This document shows positions 28,769 to 37,289 of a stretch of DNA of 64,000 nt, piece after piece. How positions within the stretch are numbered: the first letter of the stretch is position 1; each line of letters starts with the position of its first letter. Source of the stretch: a virus. The position numbers and the translations under genes are program-made. The DNA lies in the IMG/VR virus record IMGVR_UViG_3300045988_119718, positions 188,611 through 252,610 of that record; one strand, given 5' to 3'. The notes beneath the pieces are model-generated. The model ran no database searches. It was not told the origin of the DNA and saw only the letters and a list, made by a program, of their open reading frames with translations.

Positions 28769-31150
28769 ATGGACTCTCAACTCTCTTTAGGAGATGTAAC
28801 TAAGAGTGTATTTACTCCTGATTTCTCTAGTACGTATAAGAGTTTATCAGCTGGTAGTACACTTTGCAATATGCTTACAACCAATACAATTAAACAATCC
28901 ATATCTGTAGATAGTTCTAATAAATCTGAAATTAAAGAATCTGAATATAAGATTAAAGAAGCAGAAAAGATTATTTCTAAAAATATTCTTTTTGCTATTT
29001 ATAACTTTAATGTTTCTTCAAAGTATTCTACATATTCTTCATATTTAGGGAAAAATATTCATACTTACGATTATACTAACTTAGATAATCCTGAAGTACC
29101 ATCTTTTAAGAAATTAAATCTTTATTTAGAACAAATTGATATCATTCTTGGTAATCATAGTAATATTGTAGCAAGTAAAGATACTGGCAATCAACTGTAT
29201 AATTCTCTTCAAGAATTTATTACTGAAATTAAATCCTCTACTGAAAATATCTATTCTATAGTAATGGATAATAGAATTTCTAATGTAACAGATGATGATT
29301 TCATTATTAATGCAGAAAAACTGTTTAAAGGTGAATCTTCATTTAAGACTAAGAAGTTTACCGGAAATAAGCAGAATATTGCTTCTTACTTTAATTCTGT
29401 TAAAGGTAAATACTTAGAAATTGCTAAATCTGTAGCAGGGTATAATGAAGGCTTACAGAAAACTTTAATTAAGTTTAATTCTGTTATGAATAAATTAGCT
29501 ACTAAATACAATTCTAGTTATTCTCAAGTAGTTATGCAAGTAGAATATAAAAAAGAAGAATTAAGAAATGTATTATATACATTTGCTATGAAGTATCTTA
29601 ACATTGCTAATATTTTATATTCTATTAAAGCAGAATGCATTAAAGAATATTTACAACCAAGCTATTCTGATTATGATGAATTAATTACTATGAAAGAAGA
29701 TAATTCATTAGACGAATATTATGATGATGAAGATTTCTTTAATAAATCAACGGATGTATTTGATGATGAAGTTATTTCTGGTGATGATAGACAGGTAGAT
29801 TTCTCTTATAGAACCATTGAATTAGAAGAAGCTTTCTTTGCTTATACCATCAAATCATTATTAGAAGCAGAGGAAGGAAATACCCCAGCTCCTACTGTAT
29901 CTGTAGCAAAAGATAAAGACGAGCAATCCCCTACTGGTACTGAAACAAAACCAGCTGATGCTACTAAGAAAGTAGCTGGGACTAAAGATAATCCTGCTTC
30001 TGCTGATAAAGAAGATCACTTTGATCCAGGTGGTAAAGTTGAAGGTTTTGGTAAGACATTAAAAGAGCTTTGGAATAAAATAATGGAGTTTATGCAGAAA
30101 CTTATTGAAAAAGTACAATTTTCTGTAAGTAATAGCAAGGATAAATTACTTGCTATTATTAATGATCTTGAATCTGTAAAGAAAATTAATGAAAATCTTA
30201 ACAATAGTGATGATGGATTTACATTTAGAGTTTATAATGGTGGTGCTAAAACTATTAATGGTCTTATTAATAATATTGGTTTAGATTCTGTTGATACTAT
30301 TGTTGGTATCAAGGATGCTAATGATGTAAAGAATTTTAATGTAGAAACCAAACAACAAGAATTTACTAGGATTATTAATGATATGAATAAAGGTATAATG
30401 GATTATTTTAAACCATTTACTGATATTAAGGTTTTAGATAACAATGCATACTTTAGTTCAAAAGAGGCTAAAATAGTATTAAAAAATTATTTTGCTGGTA
30501 ATAACGCTGCTGATGTAAAAAATGCTTTTAAAGATATCGAAAATAATACTGAAGGCAAAGCTAAGAATAATATTTTAGCATCTACTATGAATATTGCAAA
30601 GATTAAACAAGATTCTGTAAACGCTATTATTAATAATATCAAAACTATTCGCATAGATTCTTTAATAAATCAGTATAAGAATATTAAAACGAATGGAGCT
30701 AATTACGTTAATAAATTAGCTTCGTTCTATGACGCTCCTAATGCACAAGCTGAAGCTGCTAAAGTTACTATGGAGTCTGTAATGGCTGAATATTTCAGTG
30801 ATGTTATGCACGAAGATCCGGTTAAATCAGTGGAACAACCGAAGAACACTGAAACTAAAGTTGATATCAAGCCTGTTACTACATTATTGAATGCGTATAT
30901 CAATAATTATGCGATTCCGATCTTTACCTGTGCTAGTTGGGCATATAGCAATATGTGTGATAACTATTACAATATTTTTAATGCTTTATTAACTGCTCCA
31001 GTAAAAGTTGGGGAAGGTAATAAACCAGAAGAAAATAAAAAAGAAGAACAGTCTGACGCTAATCCGCAGACTCCTACAGCTAATGCAGCACCTCCGCAAG
31101 ATGAAAAAAAAAATAACGGCGTTCCTAATAAAAATATAAGCGGTCAATAA
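28769..31150 (+). CDS. Hypothetical protein of about 793 aa with a low-complexity K/N/E-rich C-terminus. The start is revised to ATG 28769.
   Basis: SD AAAGGAG lies 8 nt upstream of ATG 28769 (the track start 28751 has no SD). Confidence 0.6.
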   Translation: MDSQLSLGDVTKSVFTPDFSSTYKSLSAGSTLCNMLTTNTIKQSISVDSSNKSEIKESEYKIKEAEKIISKNILFAIYNFNVSSKYSTYSSYLGKNIHTYDYTNLDNPEVPSFKKLNLYLEQIDIILGNHSNIVASKDTGNQLYNSLQEFITEIKSSTENIYSIVMDNRISNVTDDDFIINAEKLFKGESSFKTKKFTGNKQNIASYFNSVKGKYLEIAKSVAGYNEGLQKTLIKFNSVMNKLATKYNSSYSQVVMQVEYKKEELRNVLYTFAMKYLNIANILYSIKAECIKEYLQPSYSDYDELITMKEDNSLDEYYDDEDFFNKSTDVFDDEVISGDDRQVDFSYRTIELEEAFFAYTIKSLLEAEEGNTPAPTVSVAKDKDEQSPTGTETKPADATKKVAGTKDNPASADKEDHFDPGGKVEGFGKTLKELWNKIMEFMQKLIEKVQFSVSNSKDKLLAIINDLESVKKINENLNNSDDGFTFRVYNGGAKTINGLINNIGLDSVDTIVGIKDANDVKNFNVETKQQEFTRIINDMNKGIMDYFKPFTDIKVLDNNAYFSSKEAKIVLKNYFAGNNAADVKNAFKDIENNTEGKAKNNILASTMNIAKIKQDSVNAIINNIKTIRIDSLINQYKNIKTNGANYVNKLASFYDAPNAQAEAAKVTMESVMAEYFSDVMHEDPVKSVEQPKNTETKVDIKPVTTLLNAYINNYAIPIFTCASWAYSNMCDNYYNIFNALLTAPVKVGEGNKPEENKKEEQSDANPQTPTANAAPPQDEKKNNGVPNKNISGQ

Positions 31151-31254
31151 TTTAGTACATAATAGACTACTCTTATATAGAGTAGTCTATTTCTCTTTAT
31201 ATTGGTATTTTAAAAACATACTTATAATTATTCATTATAAAAGGAGGTTCTAAA

Positions 31255-32115
31255 ATGCTTAATACAGATAAACCTGTAGCATATATTATAAATGAATCAT
31301 TAGAAGATGCTATTAGCTTTGATATAGTAGATGAAAACAAAACAACTGGCTTTGTTACTGCTGAAGGTATTATTCAGCAAGCTGGTAAGATGAATCGTAA
31401 TAGGAGATATTATACTCAAGAAGATCTTCATAAAGAGATTTATTCTGATAGACTTAGAGAATTGATTACGACTGGTAACTTTAAAGGTGAAGCTGGTCAT
31501 CCATTAGATATGAATCTTTCTAGACAGCAGAAAGTAGATCCAACATTAGAACAAGTTTGGTATACTAAAGTATGGATGGATGGGGATTATGTAAAAGCTC
31601 AATTTAGAGGAACTAATAATGAATTAGGTAAAGCCTTTAATGAAGATTTAAAATGTGGTCAGAAACCATCATTCTCTTTAAGATCTCTTGGTTCTATTAG
31701 AATTGTAAATGGTAAGTCCAATGTAACTAACCTTAGAATTATTACCTATGATAGAGTATATTATCCATCATATGACAATGCATACACTGAAAGAATAGTA
31801 TCTGAATCTACAGATTACAAACCATCTTCTTATCCATATGAAGAATACTTAAATTCTATGGGTAATAAACAAGTTATAGAAGAATCAGCAGATTCTATTG
31901 CTCCTATTTTGAATAAAGATGTAACTGATTTATTACTTAGAGAAAATTATAGCTTTAATCAGATTTGTGAAGACTTCTCTCCTATCTATAAATCTATTAA
32001 ACTTTCTGATGATAAGAAGAAAGTAGTTATGGTAGATGAATCTTATAATACTATTATAGTTCCTATTGATAGATATGTAACTAATAAGATTGATGAATTC
32101 TGCTCTAGATTATAA
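31255..32115 (+). CDS. Prohead core protease, T4 gp21-like (286 aa).
   Basis: EGIIQQAGKMNRNRRYY resembles T4 gp21 EGIFMQAEVVNRNKRLY. GEAGHP resembles GELNHP. LRSLGSIRI resembles SRGLGSLTD. SD AAAAGGAGG. Confidence 0.55.
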   Translation: MLNTDKPVAYIINESLEDAISFDIVDENKTTGFVTAEGIIQQAGKMNRNRRYYTQEDLHKEIYSDRLRELITTGNFKGEAGHPLDMNLSRQQKVDPTLEQVWYTKVWMDGDYVKAQFRGTNNELGKAFNEDLKCGQKPSFSLRSLGSIRIVNGKSNVTNLRIITYDRVYYPSYDNAYTERIVSESTDYKPSSYPYEEYLNSMGNKQVIEESADSIAPILNKDVTDLLLRENYSFNQICEDFSPIYKSIKLSDDKKKVVMVDESYNTIIVPIDRYVTNKIDEFCSRL

Positions 32116-32124
32116 AAAATAAAA

Positions 32125-32160
32125 ATATATACTTAGACCCATATGGGTCTAAGTATATAT
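32125..32160. terminator. Bidirectional terminator hairpin ACTTAGACCC-ATAT-GGGTCTAAGT with an AT-rich extension.
   Basis: Palindrome between convergent genes. Confidence 0.55.
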
Positions 32161-32178
32161 TTTTACATAAGTAAATTA

Positions 32179-32853
32179 TTACTTATTTTTTTGCTCTTGC
32201 TGTAGAGCTTCATTCATGAAAGCAACTAAAAGTTTCTCCATGCAATGATCTCCTACGGACTTAATCTCTTCTGCTGTAAATGTTCTTGTATACAGTTTAG
32301 AATTAGGAAAATCAATAGGCTCTTCTTCACCATTTTCGTAGAAATCTAAGTCATCGTCATCAGCATATGGATTCCATAAAATGAAATCAATAGAACCGTC
32401 TTTCTTAATATATACAGTAACGGCAAGAGGTCCACAGTGCCGATAAGAACTTGTGCTAGATTCGATTCTAACATCATTAAAATCGATAGAGCAGATATAT
32501 TTATCGGTCATTTCATACAAATATAAGAACTGATTGACATCAGTATCTGAAGGATCAATAGTAAACTCCCTATCTTCATTAGTAATGACTCTTTTACTTG
32601 ATTGCATTGGCTGCTGAGGAGGCATAAACGGATTGCATGGAAACTGCTGCTGAACAGTGGAAGGATGCCACCAATAAGTTGGCTGATACATTGGCTGCTG
32701 AGGTGGAACAGGTACACCTGGGTTATATGGAAACGGCCACGGCTGATACGGTGGGTATGGAACACAGTTTTGAGGCATACACGGCGGATATGGCTGTGGC
32801 ATAGTATTTGGTCTTTCCTCTTGACGGGTTGTGAACTTGTAATTAGTGTTCAT
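32179..32853 (-). CDS. Protein with a Pro/Gln/Tyr/Trp-rich N-terminus (224 aa).
   Basis: ORF with an unusual composition (MPQPYPPCMPQNCVPYPPYQPWPFPYNPGVPVPPQQPMYQ) for an AT-rich genome. Confidence 0.5.
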   Translation of the reverse strand: MNTNYKFTTRQEERPNTMPQPYPPCMPQNCVPYPPYQPWPFPYNPGVPVPPQQPMYQPTYWWHPSTVQQQFPCNPFMPPQQPMQSSKRVITNEDREFTIDPSDTDVNQFLYLYEMTDKYICSIDFNDVRIESSTSSYRHCGPLAVTVYIKKDGSIDFILWNPYADDDDLDFYENGEEEPIDFPNSKLYTRTFTAEEIKSVGDHCMEKLLVAFMNEALQQEQKNK

Positions 32854-32939
32854 GATATTTTCTCCTTTGGAAATAAAACATTATTATGGATAGCTAAATT
32901 GCTATCCATAATAATAGTATACAATCGTATTTCTATTTA

Positions 32940-33221
32940 TTAATACCCATTCATAGCAGCATCAGGATACATTTTTTCTCTTAAATTGGCTTCGCCTAAT
33001 ACATAAATTAATAAAATAGTAATTAAATCCTTCCCATATATATCGTAGAATATCTCAACTCTATCGGATTGAAATACTCTACGATGTACATATAAAAATT
33101 CATCATTACCATCGGTATCTTTATCTTTTTGGTTTACATATATCTCAATAGAGTGGTCTTTATTCAAAGTCACATTCGCAAATATAGGTTCATTTTGAAG
33201 TAGGCCATTTTTATATTTCAC
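32940..33221 (-). CDS. Hypothetical protein, 93 aa.
   Basis: ORF only. Confidence 0.35.
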   Translation of the reverse strand: MKYKNGLLQNEPIFANVTLNKDHSIEIYVNQKDKDTDGNDEFLYVHRRVFQSDRVEIFYDIYGKDLITILLIYVLGEANLREKMYPDAAMNGY

Positions 33222-33353
33222 AGAAAAAGTAAGCGTTAAAGCTTTATCATAGTTGTCTGTGTCATACTCAGTAGCCTCTGAATTAAGTGTATTAACTTCA
33301 AAATCTTTATGCCTTATAGGTTTATAATATACTTTTATTTCAATTCACCTTTA

Positions 33354-34034
33354 TTACTTAATTCTAAATACAGGGCTACTCATAATTGCATCGATAGCTT
33401 TGTCATTATATACATGATATTTTTTAAGACGTTTAAATAATCTATTAGCTCTTTCCCCTGTTTTATTTAAAACGAGTTTATAGCAATTCATATATCTACC
33501 ATATTCATGTACCCCTACTGAAGCTAATTTACTAAATTCAATAGTATCAGAACGATACATTTTGGTAATTACAAAAGCAATATAAATATCATTGCTATTT
33601 TTTGGAGAAATAGTACTCATAAAAACATCAGAATCATTATCTCTACAAGTTGTATTCACAATATCTAATTTATCTTTATATGAGAGCTGTACTTCATCAA
33701 GCATTCCTTCTAATTCTTGAATATAAAGCTCGAATAATAAGGATGAGGATACATCTAATAATTTAATTTTATTAAAAGTTTTATGACCTAAACAAAAGAA
33801 TTCATAAATAGCATCAGAGATATCGTTACCTGGGTCAGCGATTGCTAAAGAAATAAATGTAATTAATATAGGAAGTTTAAATTTATTAACTGTTGTGCTT
33901 AATTCTGGAAATTCTTTTCCACCAGCAACCATTATTCTTGTAATAACAAATGGAGCATCAAAATCGTCTCTTTCAATTATAATTGAATACTGATCAATAT
34001 TGCTTCCCTTATCTTTAGGCATAATATTAATCAT
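33354..34034 (-). CDS. Hypothetical protein, 226 aa.
   Basis: ORF only. Confidence 0.5.
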   Translation of the reverse strand: MINIMPKDKGSNIDQYSIIIERDDFDAPFVITRIMVAGGKEFPELSTTVNKFKLPILITFISLAIADPGNDISDAIYEFFCLGHKTFNKIKLLDVSSSLLFELYIQELEGMLDEVQLSYKDKLDIVNTTCRDNDSDVFMSTISPKNSNDIYIAFVITKMYRSDTIEFSKLASVGVHEYGRYMNCYKLVLNKTGERANRLFKRLKKYHVYNDKAIDAIMSSPVFRIK

Positions 34035-34173
34035 TACTCCTTTTGGAAGTTCATCGTTTTCAGATGAAGTTGGTAAAGCTACTACTGTAATTCCATCAAA
34101 TTTAATAACTTTATCTTTTTTAATTTTTTCATAAATTTGTTAAAGCTAATCTGGTTGTTATCGGTTTTCATTT

Positions 34174-34590
34174 TCATTTCTCCTTATAATTATCCACTAT
34201 ATACTGCATACCACTAAATTTATGAGTATCAATATACCCATAATTATTTATAAAATATTGTTTATTAGATTCTATAATTTTAATAGTATGAATATCACAA
34301 TCTGCTTCAATATTACCAACCATAAGTTGGTTAATATGGCATAACTCATGACCTACTATACGTAATATGAAAGCTCTAATTTCTTCTTCAGATTCTAATC
34401 TTTTGGTTTCATAGAGATATTTTATCATACCATATAGATTAAATACAATAGAATTATCACTATCATATTTGACAGCAATAAAATCTGCATATTCATTATT
34501 GATAATACTAATCTTTACAGCACTAATATCTAAATTAATAAGATTAGAAAAGCTATGTATAGCTCTAGGTATTACGTTCTGTAATAACAT
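34174..34590 (-). CDS. Putative HExxH zinc metallopeptidase-like protein (about 138 aa). Start revised to ATG 34590.
   Basis: Motif VGHELCHINQ. SD GAGGT upstream of ATG 34590. It overlaps the upstream gene's 3' end by about 26 nt. Confidence 0.4.
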   Translation of the reverse strand: MLLQNVIPRAIHSFSNLINLDISAVKISIINNEYADFIAVKYDSDNSIVFNLYGMIKYLYETKRLESEEEIRAFILRIVGHELCHINQLMVGNIEADCDIHTIKIIESNKQYFINNYGYIDTHKFSGMQYIVDNYKEK

Positions 34591-34972
34591 TTTTACCTCG
34601 ATATAAATTTTCAGATAAAACTTCATCAATAAATTCATACAGCCAATCGTAAAAACGACTATCGCTATTAAATGAGGGGTCAATGCCATTAGTATTTGCA
34701 AAGTATCTAGAAAATGATTTGCTATTACCATCATAGAAAGTAAATTTCATATACTGATATTCATATGGATCATAAGCTGGCATATTAAAGCCAGATAGTG
34801 GTTTTTTAAAAACACTAATAAAGCCTTTTTTACCTGCTAAATCACCTTTCTTAAAATAAATAGTGTATCTGCCTTCAGAGTTTTTTCTTAAATATACTTC
34901 GTAAGTATGCTTGTAATCTGTAAAAACTTTTTCACCATTCTTATAAAGAATCTGATAAAAATCATAATTCAT
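34565..34972 (-). CDS. Hypothetical protein, 135 aa.
   Basis: ORF only. Confidence 0.45.
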   Translation of the reverse strand: MNYDFYQILYKNGEKVFTDYKHTYEVYLRKNSEGRYTIYFKKGDLAGKKGFISVFKKPLSGFNMPAYDPYEYQYMKFTFYDGNSKSFSRYFANTNGIDPSFNSDSRFYDWLYEFIDEVLSENLYRGKNVITERNT

Positions 34973-35114
34973 TTTAATTTCCTCCTTATAAAAGAAACAA
35001 TAATAAAATTAACTTAGACTAAATATCTAAGTCATAATAATAATATATAATTTTAAAGTTTATTAAAATATGCGAATTTTAGTTTAAAACAATAATATAA
35101 GTGAGGTGATTATA

Positions 35115-35882
35115 ATGCCGATGTCTAATAGGGTTTCTCGTTTATTAGATTTAATAGAAATGCGTTTAGGAACTAAACAGCTTAATCTACCAGAATCTTT
35201 AGATAAAGATACATGGATGCATGTTATAGATATATCTACTTTAAATACATTTTCTAGATATTTTCCAGTTAAGATGCCATACTATCTTACTAATGATAGA
35301 AGAAAAGGCCCTTATTATTTAATAGATGAAAAGACTGCTGCATCTGTAGATATTATAGGTGTAGGGGATATAGATTGGCATCTGTTATCTAAAAATGCTC
35401 CAGCATTTGGATTTGGTTATGGATTCTATTCTACTTATGACTTCTTTTTAAATGGTATGGATGTAGAAGGTATAGCTGAGCAGCAAATGCTTACAGACCA
35501 TGCTAGTCTGTATAAGTGTGGTGTATATGTAGAATTTGAACCACCAAATATGGTAAGACTAGAATCTAATCTTAGTAATAATATGCTAGAAATGCTAAAA
35601 TCTATTCCTATATCTTTATTTGTAAAACATTCCCCTAACTTAATGACTATAGAGCCTACTAAGATGGAGCTGTTTGAATCACTAGCTATTTGTGATGTAG
35701 CAATATACTTGTATAATAATTTAAAGTATTATCAGAATATTGAAACCCCATATGCTAGTGCAGAATTAAATATAGATATACTTCAAGATTACTCTAATAG
35801 ACGAGATGATATAGTACAACGTATGCAGGATAGCTATGTAACATTTGCTAATAAGTCTCAACCTATGATTATGGCTATATAA
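35115..35882 (+). CDS. Hypothetical protein (about 255 aa). Start revised to ATG 35115.
   Basis: SD GTGAGGTGA lies before ATG 35115 (the track start 35106 is GTG, inside the SD). Confidence 0.55.
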   Translation: MPMSNRVSRLLDLIEMRLGTKQLNLPESLDKDTWMHVIDISTLNTFSRYFPVKMPYYLTNDRRKGPYYLIDEKTAASVDIIGVGDIDWHLLSKNAPAFGFGYGFYSTYDFFLNGMDVEGIAEQQMLTDHASLYKCGVYVEFEPPNMVRLESNLSNNMLEMLKSIPISLFVKHSPNLMTIEPTKMELFESLAICDVAIYLYNNLKYYQNIETPYASAELNIDILQDYSNRRDDIVQRMQDSYVTFANKSQPMIMAI

Positions 35883-35886
35883 CAAT

Positions 35887-35927
35887 AAAAGTATACCACA
35901 AAGGTATACTTTTATATTTTATTTTTT
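35887..35927 (+). terminator. Rho-independent terminator AAAAGTATACC-ACAA-AGGTATACTTTT followed by ATATTTTATTTTTT.
   Basis: Perfect stem followed by a T-run. Confidence 0.6.
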
Positions 35928-35944
35928 AATGAGGAGGGTTTAAT

Positions 35945-36734
35945 ATGCCGCAAACTTTAAAAGGAACTATATGGGGGGGGGGTAACCTTTAGTGCCTCTC
36001 CTGCTAAGAAGAAAGGGCAAATCTTTGTAGCTAAAGGTAGTGCTCCGTGGTATAATACTGAAGAAACATGGTATGATGTCGATGGAGTTACTAATGTGGA
36101 TGAATCTGTACCTGGTCAAGCTACAGTTACATGCGATGGTAAAGTATTTAACATGAATAATATGTTTTATGGTTGTTCTGAACTTACTTCAATAGATTTA
36201 TCCACCTTTGATACTTCTAAAGTAAACACGATGAGTGGTATGTTTGAAAACTGCAATAGTCTTGTTTCAGTGGACTTATCTAACCTTAATACCTTCAATG
36301 TACGTAGTATGATTAATATGTTTTATGGATGTAGCTCTCTTATTTCATTAGATTTATCTAGCTTTAATACTTCTAAAATAACAAATATGCGTAATATGTT
36401 CTATTTCTGTAGCTCTCTTACTACATTAGACTTATCTAGTTTTGATACTTCTAATGTATATAATATGTACATGACGTTTAGAGGATGCTCTGGCATTGGC
36501 ACAATAGATTTATCTAATTGGGACACTTCTAAAGTAACTAATATGAATTCTATGTTCTGTAATTGTAATAATCTTACTACTATCAAAGGTGTAATTGATA
36601 TGAAGTCTTGTACTGAATACGCACAGATGTTTAAGGGATGCACTAGTCTTAAAAATGTTAATATTAAGAATCCACCTGCGGACTTTGAAAGTATGAGTGG
36701 TTTATCCTCCTCACAATACACTATAGTTAGTTAG
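35945..36734 (+). CDS. DUF285/BspA-like 26-residue surface-repeat (LRR-like) protein, a candidate receptor-binding or adhesin protein. The SD/ATG start at 35945 is out of frame with the body (36096..36734 in the track) across the G10 tract at 35973-35982.
   Basis: Repeats FxxCxxLxxIDLSxFDTSKVTNMxxMF recur about five times. SD GAGGAGGG precedes ATG 35945. The frame-0 body is open from 35961 with no start codon before GTG 36096 (which has no SD). Confidence 0.5.
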
Positions 36735-36863
36735 TATAAGTTTTCTTTTTTTTTGATACATTTATGTAATACTATATTTAGTATATATAAATCATAACAA
36801 TATATTTATAATGGAGGTTTATACTATGATTTATACAGAAGAAGATTTGAAACAAGCATATAC
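36714..36863 (+). repeat. Copy 1 of a 150-bp duplicated module (promoter-like TTGATA...TATATT region, RBS and the first 13 codons of a small gene). Copy 2 lies at 63851..64000.
   Basis: Near-identical alignment with 3 indels or substitutions. Confidence 0.7.
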
Positions 36864-37209
36864 CATTGGTTATAATGAAGCTGTAGACGATGTAAACAAA
36901 TACATTGATCAAGAGTCTATGGAATTTAGCTTAGATGAATCTTATGATGATGCTTGTGATACTCATAGCGTAATTGAAGATATGGTAGCTAATGAATCCG
37001 CAGAAACTTCTCGTAGTGCTATAGAAGAGGTAATAACGGAAGCTTTATCTAAAGATAAAAAAGATCGTATCATGAAGAAACACCTTGCTAATAAATTTGA
37101 CGATATGGATCCGAAGCAAAAAGAAGGTGCAGTTGATGCATTAATAAAGCAAACCAGTGATAAAATGGGCAATAAAACTAAATCTAGTCATGGTGAAAAA
37201 AAGATCTGA
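36826..37209 (+). CDS. Small acidic hypothetical protein (about 127 aa). Start revised to ATG 36826 (MIYTEEDLKQAY...).
   Basis: SD GGAGG lies 7 nt upstream of ATG 36826. It is a paralog of the truncated gene at the window end. Confidence 0.55.
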   Translation: MIYTEEDLKQAYTIGYNEAVDDVNKYIDQESMEFSLDESYDDACDTHSVIEDMVANESAETSRSAIEEVITEALSKDKKDRIMKKHLANKFDDMDPKQKEGAVDALIKQTSDKMGNKTKSSHGEKKI

Positions 37210-37252
37210 TCCTCATTATCATTTAAAAATTAAATGATTATAATACATAAGT

Positions 37253-37284
37253 ATATCTCTACTAGGATATCCTAGTAGAGATAT
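37253..37284. terminator. Bidirectional terminator palindrome ATATCTCTACTAGGATATCCTAGTAGAGATAT.
   Basis: 16-bp arms between convergent genes. Confidence 0.55.
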
Positions 37285-37289
37285 ATATT

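Noticed and set aside
32508-32943. ORFs 32508..32765 (-) and 32602..32943 (+) overlapping the Pro-rich gene.
   Set aside because: They are alternative-frame or antisense artefacts of the CCN/CAG-rich region. The longest frame with an SD (32179..32853) was kept.
36401-36721. 106-aa minus-strand ORF inside the BspA-like gene.
   Set aside because: It is antisense to a repeat-protein gene with obvious repeat periodicity on the plus strand.
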